Below, one piece after another: positions 36,601 through 51,600 of a DNA stretch of 64,000 bases (positions are counted from its first letter, which is position 1; each line of letters starts with the position of its first letter). A program made the position numbers and the translations under genes. Source of the DNA: Phoronis australis (lineage: Eukaryota; Animalia; Phoronida); NCBI GenBank assembly GCA_002633005.1, contig NMRA01000079.1:386102-450101 (forward strand), given 5' to 3'. The notes beneath the pieces were generated by a model. That model had not been told where the DNA came from, did not search any database, and saw only the letters and a program-made list of their open reading frames with translations.

Positions 36601-39600
36601 TCAGACAAAAATATTCGTCAAATTTGACCTTTTTCATTTTTCAAATACTTCTCATATTGTTGTAAATACCCATAGTGTCGTCTGATGTTAGCTGCAGCTT
36701 AGAACTTGCAAAAGGATGAAGCATTTATTCTGTGCTACTTGTCATGAGTAAATATGAGAAAAATGAAAAAATAAAATTTCACCTGTCCGCCATATTGTGT
36801 CATGATTGTGGTGAGAGATTTCACCGTAACAGGAATAAAATTTCATGAAATCAGGTGATAATTTGAAATTTTATATCCACTATTTTTTATCTTCTTTTCA
36901 TTATCTTTGTATCTCTAATGTGTTACAGTTTATTTCACACTCATGACATCCAAGTTATGGACAGTTCAATTAACAATTAATTTCCACATTAAGGCGGGGA
37001 AATGAATACTTAAAAATACATCAGTCTCAAACTGCTACTTAGATTATTTTGAGTGCATTGTGTAAATGTACCTTGACTGATCTGGCGTCGTCACTGATGT
37101 GAAATATAAAATTTTGATGACGTGGATGTTTTAATGTCTTGCAATTACTGTATGCCTAGAATTGATTTTCAAGTTATGTCATTTTTAATTTCTTTGTGTT
37201 TCATAATGATGAAACGGTTTGAATGCGAGAATAAGATTATATTCAGAAAATACTTCACTTTTTTAGAAAATACTTAACTTGTGAAATAGTTATTAAAGGT
37301 TTAGCTGTACTTGCCTGAAAACTTAAAGTCGTCACACTTGAACTCAGATGTACAGGGTATTGTCCCGTAAGGCGCATCGCAGATGATATGCTATGTGTCT
37401 CCAATGCAAAAGAGGTCAGCTCAGTATGGGGCAAAATGAACCGTGAGAATTTGCGTCATGAGGCAGTGAAGTGAATTCCTTACATGTTGGATCTCTTTAG
37501 AGACCCTTTCATACTAATGTCGAGGCGTCAATGTTTTGGGGAGTTGGGGTCAGTAAGAACAGTTAACTTAGCTAATAGTGCCAGTTTGCTTCGCAGTAAA
37601 CAGGTCGATTTAAGAGCAGAGCGTTGATGCTGTGGTGCAGTATGAACAGTCAATTTTGATCCCATCGAAGTTATTGCTAGGGGCCACTGTTATCGTCAAC
37701 AATTAAAGGGCGGTGTCGTCGCTAATAGTTGCTTATATTTTGCTCGAATAATCACCTATTCAATTAGAAGTAATTTTTATGTCAATTAGCACATGTAAAT
37801 GTTCCCAGTTTGTGACATTAAAAATTTCTTAGCGTGCACGCGAAGCATCAACACTACCTTGCGATTACTTCAATGACAACTGCGCCACCTACTGTCGGTA
37901 TGAACGGTTCAGTTCACTTTGCAATTTACGTCGACACTCTGCTCAGACTGGAGTTAAGTCAGCATTACCTATCGAGCCTTAAATCCTCAGAGCGTGTGGT
38001 CAAGGTGAGTTGACATAAAATTGACACGGAGCAAGATGTTCGAGCGCAAATTGCTCTACCTCACAAACGGGTGGCAAAAGTTGTCGCCGCGGTGTCAATT
38101 TGCTCCGTGTCAGTCCCATTTACATACAGGAACATCTCGTTCCGTGTCGGCTGATCAGTGTCAACTATTGTAGCATAAACGGCGCTTCTTATTGAGCTGT
38201 AGACCCAGCTGCAGTTCATTTGAGGCAGGTGGCTAACCTCAATAGCTCTCTGTTTGCGCAAGGCCTAGTCTATCTGGTAGTTGTTGCAAGAAGCCAGGCT
38301 ATTCCCAGTCAGACGTTTTGCTTTAGGGACAGTCCTGTCGATGACTTCTCTGGCCAAGTTTTTTGTTCAATCCCAACATATTGGCATTTCTTGCAAACTG
38401 CAGAAATCAAGTTGAGAATAATGAATATATTATGACCTAGTTCTTTAAACTTTCATTGTAAATTTAGGTAATGGTTGTATCATCTTTTTTCATTGAGTAG
38501 TTCAACCGGATTGAGTTAGTATTTCTGTTTTGTCGTCTAACAGACGGAATAAAATAGACACTAAATAGTTACCATTCACTGCCATGGAAGCCATGTTGTG
38601 TGTTGATGTGATGAAGGCGTGATAAGGCAATTTCGGTGTCATTTGATGAAAACAACGGTCAATGAAACTAGGCAATTTTTTAATGAAGATTGTTTTGATT
38701 GGATGTTCGTATTAACAAAAGGTATTATACCTTGTTTACAATGCCTTTGGAAATTTGTGAATCAGGAAATGCACAAGCTGGCAAATGTGTGTACTTAGGA
38801 AATTGTCATTATATTTTGTAACCACAAAAAGAAGGAAACCGTTGTTAGCTTTTCTTTATTTTGTGACTCGCTTGAGGTAAATGTAATGTTTGGTTTAATA
38901 TATTCATTTAAACGTCTCCGAAAGTACAGTTTCCATTTGAAGAATGTATAAACCCACCTTCTGTTTGAAAGTTATTGATTTAGTTCATGTTCTGATGTAA
39001 AAATGGTTTCAAAGTCTTCCTTACAAGTTGGTCTTGCTCAAATTAGGCGGGATTTCTGAGCTCGGGTAGAATTTGGCAGTCTATTTCCGTCTCTGTTAGA
39101 GACTACTTATTCAATGACTTTACCACACGGTCACTTTATGTGCTGACCATCAAGCAAGGATAAAACTGTCAGTGCTTCTCAAGCTAAGAAATGAGATCAA
39201 ATTTTAGAGCAGTGTTATGATGGTAAATAGCTTAAATATGTTTTTGTTTTGATAGAAGGCAAATTTACTGCTGTTATGTCTTATCGTTATTCTCCAATTT
39301 CACTTGTATGTAATCATATAGAGCAGGCTTGAATCTTTGAAAATTTGATGACTTGAATTTTAAGTGGTGTTTCTTTATGACTCTTAGAGCTCAAGAGTAG
39401 TCTAAACCACTTGTTATGAGGAATTTTTTGCTTGACATTAAGAAGCTGTTGTTTTTATAAAGCGTTTCTGGGCAGGTCAGTTTGTACTATTTGCTTAACA
39501 TTTTGTAAAAGCATCAACATCCTGGGGTGACAACAGAAAGAAATACACACCCAAACCACTCTCAAAATTGGAACCTTGGGGAGTTTCCATTTTGTGACAG

Positions 39601-42600
39601 CTAGCGTAAGCTGATTGTTGAAGCTCCTGTCCACATTCTTTCGGAAAAAAACACGATGGGATCTGTTTGAAAATGACTTGAGACAATTTATCTGAATGGA
39701 AGTTACATTCAAGCTTTTTCTCAGAAACCGCAATGGCTCAATAAGTGTTTACTTTTCGTTAATTATGATATTTGTAACAGATGTGAGTGACCCACTCAGT
39801 TCATAGTGTCATAGAACTGAGAACAATTTGGACTTTTTAAGAGTTGAAATTCAAAATGAAAGCGCTCCGAGGAGCGAACCTTGGCGAAATTAACCAAGAA
39901 GATGACCATAAAGATGATGACGAAGATGACGAATATGACGACGATGGTGGCGAGGATGAACAAAAGAAGTAATAATAACATACACATGACGGACGTAGAA
40001 GTCCGAAATCAGTAAGAAAAAGGCTACAGTCTTGAGCGACACTTGGCGAAATTAACGGAAAAGACAACGACGGAGATGATGACGAAGATGATGACGATGA
40101 TGACGAATATGATGATGGTGGTGGCGATGATGAACAACATCTCAACATTCATATGATGAACTTAGATGTCATAAATCAATAAGAAATGGGATACGGTCTA
40201 GTTCATAGTGGGTAAACCAACATCCATGCAGCCAGAGCGCTCAACAAAGGAACAGCGTTATCAGAAAATCTCAAATAACTCAAAAAGTAGACGTCGTAGC
40301 GAAAAATGGAAAACATCTTCTGAAAGCCCGTTCAAAATTCTATCTAAACTGAAGGTATCATTTAATTCCGTAAATTTTTCGAAAAAAATGAAATTTTGAG
40401 TTTTTTTTAAGAAATTCAAAGTCAAATAACTCGAAAACGGTAAGTCTGAGAAAAAAATTGTTACAGGCCATTTGAAAGAATATACTGCAAAGAATCCACA
40501 TGCAAAAAATCACTTCTTTTTCTCTTCCCGTTTAAAATCGCACTCCAGCACGACTGGAAATGGGTCAACATGCGCCAGATCCGCTATCTTGAAAACATCT
40601 TCCGGTTTTTTGGTTTTGTATAATAGCATGTCATAAGAAACTAATACCTGTAAAAATTCGAAGGAATTGGTCTGATAATGCACCCTCTAGAGGAGAAAAC
40701 GTTTTTAGGCCAAAATCGAGGTGCGCATGCGCGATCGCCGATATTTCCGCCATCTTTAACCGGAAGTAAACAATTTCCGGCATACTTGTAGCAAACTTTT
40801 GGTCCATTTACTGTGCCGATTCTTAGTCTTTTACGTAAAAAATTGTAGCCTCCAGAAGCATTTGAACCTTTAAATGGAAACAAAATGGCCGCCACAGCCG
40901 CCATCTTGGATCCGATTTTGACGAAAAACAATAGGCTTCCAGTACTTCCGGATATACGTGTTATGTGTAAATTTCGTGATGATCGGACGAAAATTGCGAC
41001 CTGTATCGTGCGAACAAACAAAAAAAAAAAAACAAACTTAGTGGAAGAGCAACATACTTGGCGAAATTTATTTCGCCAAGTAATTAATGGCTCTTCGAAA
41101 CTGTGTCGTTGTTACAGTCTGGCTGGGCCACCAAGTCCGCGTTTGGCTAATGGACCTTCTTGAGTGGATTTTACTAATTTTGGACGTTAAATGACTAAGA
41201 ATACGGACTCCTAATTCAATTTTGTTTTTGTAACTTTCGCCAGTTGTGAGACTAACCTTAGTGTACAGTACAGTAATTATTTACTTTTCTAGCACACAAT
41301 GTGGCCGAGAAGTGAAATTATATTTTATCAAATTTCTTCAAAAAATAAAAATTAAGAAAATATAAGTCTACGTATTAATAGCATAGTTTGTACGTGTAGA
41401 TGACATAAAACATTTGGTTAAGTTTTCACTGTTTGTAACATAGTAATCAGCAATTGAAAATGGAAAAATTACCATAAGTTAACAATAGTCGTTACGACTC
41501 ATCAGGGTCAAGGTCATGTAAGGTAATGTCATTGCAAATTCCGCTCGTGTCTCGGATGTTGTGATGTGGAATTCCACTTTCGCTCAGCTGGCTCTGTGAA
41601 GAATTTTGAGTCGTATGATTATTTTTGATGTGTAACGTATGGTATTATTACACGATCTTATTGAACTAGAATGTTCTCCTATGTCACCTCCTGTTGAACA
41701 AACACGCACTTACAGAGCCCAGTCAGTGGGATAGCCTTGTTTTTCATTTGTTCCCGAGTGAATCTTACTTCCGACTTTGTGGTATGGCTGTTTGATTTAG
41801 TGTCTCTCGAGGTTGTTTGTCGCCTACGGATTTCGTTAGGATTACCTTTTATTAGTAATGTCTTGATAACATGTTGTAGTACTGTAATAACATGAAATAA
41901 GGTACAACGAGGACTTAATGGATTCAAACTACTACATTTGGTTATCCCATATTCAACCATATTTTTAGTAATTAACTATAGTTAGTAAGACCATTTCTTT
42001 TCATTATGAAAAGAAAGATATTTTTCAAAAAATGCTAAATTTGTATGATTTTCCTAAAATATGTCAATGTTTCATCCCATGTGGTTTCCTAGGAATAATG
42101 TCTGGATTGCCTCCAGACTTTTAATATATTACGTAACACAAATTGTTGATTTCTGGTGAAACCAGCATGGGGATGGTATGATATCATTATGAACCCTCAC
42201 CCTCTTTCTTGGAGAGCCACAAAGAGTAAACAAATTTATTTTTGTATTCTCTTCCTCATGGTTTCCATAATAAAAGTTGATTTCTTTTTAAATGATGAGA
42301 AAATAGTAAAAAACGTTTTTGGTAATCCCTCTCATTAAATAGAAGTGTATTTCAAATGGTTAAGGCACTAGCCTCGATTTCAGTGAATGTCTGGCATACA
42401 AGGACACGGATTGGTGAATTTTAATAAAGCCACAAAGAGAACATATTTCCTTGTTTTATATCTCTTGTCAATGCTGTCAACTACAAGTTTATCCCAATCA
42501 ACAATGATCCCAAAATTTTACTTTTCACCTGCAAACCCAATAATGCCTCTTACATTGTATTCCATATTGTAGTCAAGGTTCTGAGAGAACACATACATCG

Positions 42601-45600
42601 TGTGACCTGACATACGACATCGTTTTTGTAACCCATCCCCTCAAATTATAGAACTTGTGAATTTAATGTTATTTTTTTAAAAATGATGTAGGTACAGATT
42701 TGCTTATTTTCAGGATATGAGGAATTCATAACAATAGTAGTCGCAATGTTTACATTTTCTTAATAAAATTATTTTTACTTTGAACTACAAGAGCCTATCG
42801 TGTAACACTTTGACGTGGCGAGGTGGCGAGGTACTATGCAATCTTCAGACCCTGGATAGACATGCCATTAGGCAAACCGATCTGGTGTTAAGCTTGCCTT
42901 TATTACCATACTCATCCATCCGCTCAGACCTAATTTATTCATACTCAAGACAGAAATGTGTTGCAAAGATGAGTTAAGGATAAAAGTACTTGACAAAGGG
43001 TTTACTGTTTTGAGGGGCACTTTTCATACTTAAAGTATTTCTATAGTTTTAAGCATCACTTCTTACCACTAAAAAATTAATGTTTCTGTGTCGGAAATTG
43101 ATGAGTTTTCAGTAAAAGTTAGTTAAATATGTTTAGAATTTTTATTAATTGACTGCATTAACAGTACATTGATTGAACAAATTACTAAAACTTCATTATC
43201 TCAGTGTTTAGGTGGTACTAGTGAAACGAAAAATGAATTAGTCACTTGAACTCATAAAATCGGTTAACACATAGTACGTATCCCTTACCTTTTTGACAGA
43301 ACCTGAGTACTAACAAGAATATCAAAGCTGTCAGTGGCTCAAGAAAATGATTCAGAGTTTAACGGTGTTGGCCAACCCTAAAATTGCTAATTCGAAAATA
43401 GCACATGTAGGCATTGCCATGCGTTGCCATGCATTGCCATGCCCTTGACTTTAGTTGCCGGCTCATTTGGCAACAATTCAAGATCAGGTAACTGTGGTTA
43501 TGTTTCAACTCCAAAGTGCAAATGGTTAATAATTTAATATTGACAGCTCAACAGTTGTGAAATCACCTTTTAAGGGGGTTCAGTATAGTTTGCCAAAATC
43601 CGTAAAGCTGTTTTGCAACATTGGATAGAAACATTTGAATATTGAATTTGGTAAATGTTGATTTTGTCTTGAGTTTTTGATATTTTGGCGTCTTAATATT
43701 AGCACAAGAGATCAAATTTCACAAATTCGTCGGGCAAAACCAGGAGTAACAATTTGTTGGGACATAATTAAACGGCAATTTTAAATTCATGTAAGAAGAA
43801 ACTTCTTGTCGTAGATTGTCCACATCTGTTAAATTTATTTTACAATGCCAACAACGTAATCACCATTTGTGAAATACAGTGTGGTGCTTTTGAGGTCAGA
43901 GTTTGAGTGCTAAAAACACCACACTTAAAACGGTTTAAAATTGAACTCGGTGACATCCCAAGTTTTCTGTTGTTTTTTAGATAACACAATGGGCATCAAT
44001 ACAAAACATAAAAGAAACAAATTTTATTGCCACTTGTAACTTTGTGTTTATGAGCCGAAAACACTGAAATTTCAGGTACTAAAATCCTTAAAAGATTACT
44101 GAGCTGACGTAAGGAAATCAGTGATCTGCAGAACATAAAAAATCAGTTAAAACATAAAACTGACATCCTGCAACAAACTAAATTTGTTTTCAAAAGGATT
44201 TTACTTCTTAATTTATTTAGAGGTGGCTTTTCGGAAACCCAGGCATGTTAATTTCACATTTTTGCCAGAGGTGGCTTTGTTCAGGCGGACATAATGGAAT
44301 AAAGGAATGAGGTGATATCCATATCTTGCAGATTTGTTGTAGGCTAAAAATAAAATACAAAATATGGAAATTGAAAGAAATTTCAACAATAAATTGAAAC
44401 TGTCTCCACTTAAGGTAAGTGATGGTCAACTGTTGGTGACTTTTCCCCAAAATTCAATATTCACATGATGTACATGTATATTTATCATGACTCTTCTAAA
44501 CACTTCTTGTATTGCTTTGTAAATGTGCTAAATATACGTTTTGATTTACTATGCTTTTATTGGTTTTCAACATTCATTTCCCTTCAGTCTGTGGGCTTAT
44601 TCAAACGAAATACCAGCATTACAGATTTAGTTTATGGCCTGTAAAACATGCCCAGATTTTGAGAACCATGTTTTCCACTGAATTACGGGCATCCCCTTTG
44701 ATTCTTGTGGTCTCTGTTGTATCCAACTATTGCTGGACGATCGAACCGTTTTTTTATGTCTGATGCCCCTGTTGTTGGAGGGTAAATGGAAAATCGGCAT
44801 CCTAGTTTTTTCTGTACTGACAGTAAGAAAATATTGTTTATGCTCCATACACTTGAGGTTTTCAAAAATTTGTATTCAAAGCACAAAATTGCTGTTTGTC
44901 ACGAAAAATGATGTCATTTTACTAATGTGTTACAAGTGTCATGGTGTAAGTTATGAATAAAGAGTTTTCAATTATTAAGATTCAGAAAACATGTACTTTT
45001 GAGGGTATAGGCTGCTGAAAAGGGCAGTTGAAGTAAATGGTTATTTTATGAAGAATAGTGTGCTAGGACTTTAGGAAGGTTGACAATGAAAGCCAAGGTT
45101 CAGATCACTGCTGAGTGCATAGTCCCTGTCTAATAGTGCTTTGTAAGCTGTGCTACTGTGTAGGTGGAATGTTGGTTTAGTGATGTATTCTAAGGGATAT
45201 GTGATTTCCAATAAAACAAGCCTGTTTACAATTCCATACTCGCCTAAATCACTTTTATTTCAGGCTAATGGATGCTTGCAAATATCAAGAGATGTAACTA
45301 ATTTGATTGTCATTTGTCTCTGATAGCTTCAAGATGTTGCGAGATAAGGATATTGACGTTGACTAATTGAATTAATCACCATGATCTTCGTTACACCATT
45401 GTCACTCATGAATACTGGAAGATTACACTTTGCTCATTCTAGTTACTATATTCAGATTCATCAATCCTGTGGAAAGTCCTCAAAAAAAATACCGTAATCG
45501 TTCGGGTTAACGCCCATGCTCAGTTAACCACCCATCCCCTACTTTAGGTGGATTTTCGATTTAACCGCCCACTGCTCGGTTAACCGCCCTCCCCCGATTT

Positions 45601-48600
45601 TTTGGATTCGCCAATTTAACCGCCCAGGGCGTTAACCCGAACGATTACGGTAATTGCAGGCATTCTGATACATGTTGTACCCAGGGCTTCATCCAGGATT
45701 TCGAACATAGGGTGTCCAAAATGGGTTCCCAATATTCCAGGGCGTCCATGATTCCAACGACGCATTACCCCCCCCCTCCCCACCACCATTCACCAGTAAC
45801 CCCCCCCCCAACACACACAGTGAGTTTTTTTACAATTAAAAAATGCGTTGAACAAGGCTTTTACACCTAAGTTTACAAAAACAGCTCCCTTGTATTGGGC
45901 TTTTTTAAGTACTAAAAAACTGTTGATCAAGACTTTTATGTTTAAATTTACGAAAACAGCCAAATAGCTTACCAAACAGGTATTACAGATATTACAGATA
46001 TTGGTTGAACGATGAGTGCACTGTTTTTGGTCATCTCAAGTCAAATTCTGTTATAAAGTTTATTATATCAACTTCACTAGCTTTATATTCTGTACAATGA
46101 GTCATCAAAGCTGCAGTTACCAACAAAAGAAAAATGCACGGATGATGTGCAGTTTATATTTTGGCAACAGGTGTCACTGCTGCTCCATTTTAGACGCACA
46201 TACAAAAGCATGAAACGGGCGAAAACTCAAACATTTTAAATGGGGATATTCTTGCGGCACATCATATTATTAAAATAATGACATTTATTTCGCTTTTGGT
46301 GTTTTCAAAAAAAGATGAAGTAGATGAAACTACAGCTCTGAAACACCAGTTTGGAGTTGAGCAAGGTCCGTGTCCCTATATAAAGTACAGAATTGCAGTG
46401 GCACATGAGTCTACTGAAAGCAGACACTCTGGCAGCCAAACACATGCTAATGATTGACAGGTCTACCAAATACTTCCAAAGTAGTTTGAACATTGCAAAA
46501 TTTGAAATACATTGTATATTTCTTTCTGAGTTGAAAGGGCCAACTTCTCTCTTTGATTAACTGGGAGTCTTAGTAATCTTTCAATGTGGGTGTCCAAACT
46601 GGAGAAATTCTGATTGACAGGGCGTCCAAATGATACATTGGGCGTCCTTGCCAGAGTGTCCACATTAGTGCTAGGGCGTCCAAATGGACGCCCAGGACAT
46701 CCGCTGCATGAAGGCCTGGTTGTACCAGACGTGCGCAGGTCTCGCATGTGGGCTCATTGCACTGATCACCTGGAAATATTATGCTTTATTAATATATAGT
46801 TAAAACCGAGCTGAGGAGCTAGAAACCTGGCTCAAGGGTTTAGCAGTGTGACATGGTGGGACTCGAACCCACGACCTTGAGTGAAGAAAGCGGGCACTTA
46901 TCAACCAGGCCACACTGCCTCCTCTGGAAAGTCCTCAACTCTGTACTCAGCTTGGTAGATAAGGCCAGAAAGCATAGTTGTTTCTTGTCTATTTTGTTTT
47001 GAAAATTGAGTCGCTGTTACAGTATTTTTAAGTTGTTGACGTTTTCAATAAAGAAAATCAACCTGAATCGAGCAAACTGATGCAGGGCTTATTTTGTTTT
47101 ACTCATCGTTCGGCAGGTAATGGCATTTCAAACCTAGTTACCTTCCTTTGTGCAGTTTTTTCAGTATCGATGAGCGCACAGGTCTCAAAATGGGTCGAGG
47201 TACAGACCTGAGAACCAGCTATTCTTTGGCCTAACTGAAATTTTGTATTTGACGGATTGCTCACTAAAACAAATTTTACAAAAATTATGCTCCATTTTTC
47301 CATGTCTTTGTGGTTGAATGTTTTGTTTCATTTTGTGCACTTGCGGCAGAACAGATAGCCTTTGGAAAATAAGTTTGTTCACTGTTTTTGATAGAAGTTG
47401 AAGTATTTTGCCGCACTTGAGCTTTATACTGCTTTACCGTCCACAATTACTTCGCTAAACCTTTGTTAATTGTTGGTTTTTATTCTGGTTGTAGATTGGT
47501 AGTTTAACAAATCACTATTTATTTGAGCACGGTCGAGTATTGAAGAGGTCAGTAGATGCCAGCACATATCACCACACAAGGTTAAAGAGAGACCCAGAAG
47601 TAAGTAGTTGGCCATGGTATTTGTCTAGGTTCCGGTGTCTGCCCATGTTCCGCTAAACGCAATTCCCAAATAAGTTTAACGCCAGTGTTCAGTTAGGTAT
47701 ATACCCTAGTGGCTTTGGAAGGTTTTTTCAAAATTGTAGAATTGAAAGTAAACGTTCCGAGCTACCAGTAACTCGAGCTGAACGAAATAGGTATGTTTCA
47801 TCATTTGTCTACGAGACAAGGCCGGTTTCAAGTTCATAATCATATTTTCTAACTCAGTTGTCTTAAATAATAAACATGATGCAATGCTAACAATGTATCC
47901 ATAGACCCTATTCACGCTGTCGCCATTTTAAAAATGGGCCTCTTTTTAGATTTTAAAAACAATGCATTTGAGACATGAATATAACGAGGCCTGCAAAATA
48001 ATCACATTCTGCACTGTGATTAAGCGCAGAACTCATTGTTTTTAAAACCTTATATGAGGCTCTTTGTAGCATGGCAACTGCGTAAATAAGGTGTATTGCA
48101 TCATGTCTTCCTAATATAGGAGAACCTAGAAAGTAAAATTTTGCTCGTAAAACTGTTTTTGCCGTTTTTCAGGTGCGATGGAGTGAGCAGCAGATAATTA
48201 AGAAGCGTGTGAAGAGGGGGTTTAAAGACACCATCCACGACCCCCTGTGGTCACATCAGTGGTACTTGGTAAGTTTACCAAGGTGGACACAAAATTTGTG
48301 AATGGTTAAAATTCAAATTAAATCATTTTTGTGTTTTATCCATCGAAACGAATCACGGTTTTAGATGCGTTTACAAAAGGTCGTGCGACCTTCCATTCTT
48401 TAACAAAATTACAGCAAAAATTAACCGGGTAGGATGTTTGGAAAATCAGATCCACGATTATAATTAGAGAGTGCAAGAACATGCGGCTTTCAGGATTTTT
48501 TGTACCCAGATCAAAAATTGTGATTCGTTTCGATGTATAACATACAAAAATTCGTTTTAATTTGAATTGTAGTCGTGTCATTTGCTGCAGTCTGGTCCAG

Positions 48601-51600
48601 CCACTTCCAGTTCCTAAGCATTCACTGCTCATCTGACCATTCTACGGACTGTACACTTGAGAATTTAGAAAGTAGACTACACCAGCAATGGTGCAGAGTT
48701 CGTTAAAAACGATAAGACAATTACTAAAAATGTCATCCACGTAAGTACACACTATTAAAAGTGCACCTCACATTGCTGCATTTATACCCAACGGTATTGT
48801 TTATTGGGTATATGCCATTAGCATGTTTGGATCAGATACATGTATAATATTGACATGAGCTGCCCTGTACAATCGTACTGTGCTAGGTTATTTAAGACAC
48901 TGGCGAGAAAACTACAGTCAGAATACTTGGTTTGTGGAACAGAAATAATGTGTTGAAACTAAAATCTCACCAAGGTCATACAAAACTGCCAAACTTACGC
49001 TTTTTTAATTTTTCAACGACCTATCATGGTTGTGAATGTGCACAATTTTTGCTCAAAATATTATCTGTTGGTAACTATAGTACAGCACTTGAATAAGGCA
49101 AAACAGTACTGTGGGTCACTTATGAAAAGAGGATTAATTTAATAATTTAAAACTTCACTTGTGGGCCATATTGTGTCCTCAATTGGTGAGATTTACCGTA
49201 CTTGCAGCTTCTCCCACAATTCAACATTGCAGCCTCGCCGACCGATCATTTCATTGTTGGCTACTTTGCTAGCTTATGCTGTATGGTCCTGTGCTTTTTA
49301 GTGAAACACTCGCCTGTCATTCGTGTGACTATGTGGTCTTGCCTGATCTTTGTTTTCTCGCAACACTATATACTACTGTTCTCTAGGTGACTGGGGTATG
49401 CACCCCGCGACAGTTCCTTGGGTGTATGCAGGGAATGTTTCGCATGCACCTTCAGTGCAGGTGTACTCACATGATTGCAAACATCTGGGCATTATTTTTG
49501 CGCATATAACAAGATTCTGACATCGTCAAGGAGTTTGAAATTATATGTTTTATGGGTATACAGTTTATAATTAAAAATTATTTAAGAAATTTGATTCTCG
49601 GTATCGAAGGTAACCAATTAATTACAACAGTTGTGACAGCGATGACTTATGCTCAATTGATGAACTCGCCGCAACTCTCGCGGTGTAGTAGAAGAAGTTT
49701 TGTGGTTTCAGTAATCATCTCGTATTCCCACTTTGCGGTAAACACGTGTGTACTATCAAGTTAGGAGACCTTATTAAAACGTTTTGAAGACTGGGAAATT
49801 TTGTGATTTATCGTGAGCTGCGATTCGTTTAGAGGTTCTTTTCAGCACATACGCAGCTACTCATATATTGGCTACTTAGAAAGGTAATGCCTGTTTTGTT
49901 GCACAACTGTATATTTTTACGTTTCACAAATAAATCTAAATTCCATTCTAATTTGTTTGCTGCAATAGTACAATTGTTTGTCAGTGTGGACAATATTACG
50001 ATACCTGGTATAAAGACATAGCTTTTTTCAGTAGTGTATGTATCAGTCTATTTAGGAGAACGTTAACAGTAAAGTGTGAATTGACATTTAATTCCCTTTG
50101 CGCGACTGACCATAAAATATGCATACGACTAAAAACATGGTATCTGAAAAAAATCTGCTGCAAATGTAACGTATTTGTAGCATGAAAGATAAGTGTGCCC
50201 CGACAGTGAAAAGTACAAAATAAAATATTTTACCTCTAGGCTACCCGCTCCCAGAGTAGTGAGGGCAGGGCGAGGGGTAACAGGGTGAGGGGTAACAGGG
50301 CGAGGGGTTACAGGGCGAGGGGTAACAACAATATTTTAAGGGCTGTTTAATATGATGTAATCCTTACTATTTCATATTTGATTTTGTACTTCCTGAACTA
50401 TTTACTTATCAGTCCTCTGTTCTTTGAGGGTAATCGACTAATTGCTGTATTAAATTTAATTTACTTTTGTCTGGCCAGCAAGTAAATATATTGAGCTTAC
50501 ATTAAAATTCCAATTTGGATTTTTGTAAACTGTTTAGAGATATAATTAGCATGAACATAAGTTTGATTCTTGATCCCCTTGTGTTTCAGCACGGTGGTTC
50601 GTCGCTTGGGTTCGATATGAACGTGTTGCCAGTCTGGCAGCAGGGGGTCTCGGGTAAAGGAGTGGTGGTCACCATCTTGGACGATGGGATTGAGCGTGAT
50701 CATCCGGACCTCGTGGAAAACTACGTAGGTTGATGTTATTTGTGGAGAGGCTTTAGAGTCGAATCAGTCCTTTATTGTACTGCTGTGCATTGCGTGGTTA
50801 TGGAAATGTACAGTAATTAAACTTAGAAAAGTGGCCACCATATATTAGTAGTAATGAACGTCATATAGAACTGTAATAAAGAACATTCGTTTTTTGTGTT
50901 AGTGATACCTTCTGATAAATAAATGTCATTGAATGTACTGACTGGTAGAAACTGGAGCGTCATTCTGTAAGTCTGCTATAAGCCTGCTTTGGCCACGTGA
51001 CCATGTCTTTTTAGCCAAACAATGTACGTTGATAGCAACACAATTGTATCAGTAACATGCCTGACCAAATTTTTGAATCATCAAAAATGGTGTTACAGTT
51101 TTCTAAATTACCATTTCGCTTTCATTTTATGTAACTTATGATTTGTGTTTCATGAAAATCATAAAAGTCCTTTTTTGTGTTAGCCGCTAATGCAGGAATG
51201 AAACATTTTAAAAACAATGTATAACAGCGTTTTGAGAACAGTGTATGAGGCATGGTATCTGAAAGTTTCATACGAATCCAAACAGCTATTTGTGACATAT
51301 GATGTTCCGAAGTTAATCAAATTGGAAATTTTTCTAAGGTCGTACATAACTTCAACTGTAACTAAAAAGTAGCACCTTTTTGGTTGAGGATGGGTTTATA
51401 TTAGTTGATTGGACTACACAGCTCAATGGTGTGTTTATGCGTTGTTCATTGCGTTTATTGTAGGATGCAGAAGCTAGTAAGGACATTAACGGTAATGACG
51501 ACGACCCCATGCCGCGCCAGACATACTCCAACGAGAATCGTCACGGGACACGGTGTGCTGGTGAAGTTGCTGCTGGTCTCAATTCCTTTTGTGGCGTTGG

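Larger units (their letters stand above)
45484..46924 (-). mobile_element. tRNA-derived SINE (~240 bp when reconstructed) split by two nested DNA transposons; 14-bp TSD
   Basis: Minus-strand head ggcagtgtggcctggttgataag (A box) ... ggttcgagtccc (B box); tggaaagtcctcaa at 45470-45483 and 46925-46938. Confidence 0.75.

Noticed and set aside
39796-40148. Ser-rich or hydrophobic ORFs as a nested gene
   Set aside because: They are translations of GAT/GAC low-complexity repeats inside a probable mobile element, with no splice or domain support.
41484-41512. Hammerhead-like CTGATGA plus stem (minus strand ctgatgagtcgtaacgac)
   Set aside because: The required GAAA after stem II is absent.
46849-46920. 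Functional tRNA gene
   Set aside because: A and B boxes are present, but I see no proper acceptor or anticodon stems, and it continues into a SINE-like body bounded by a TSD.
28649-47494. Nested protein-coding gene in the 18.8-kb first intron of the convertase
   Set aside because: I found no recognisable domain or coherent exon chain on either strand; short unrecognised exons cannot be excluded without RNA data.
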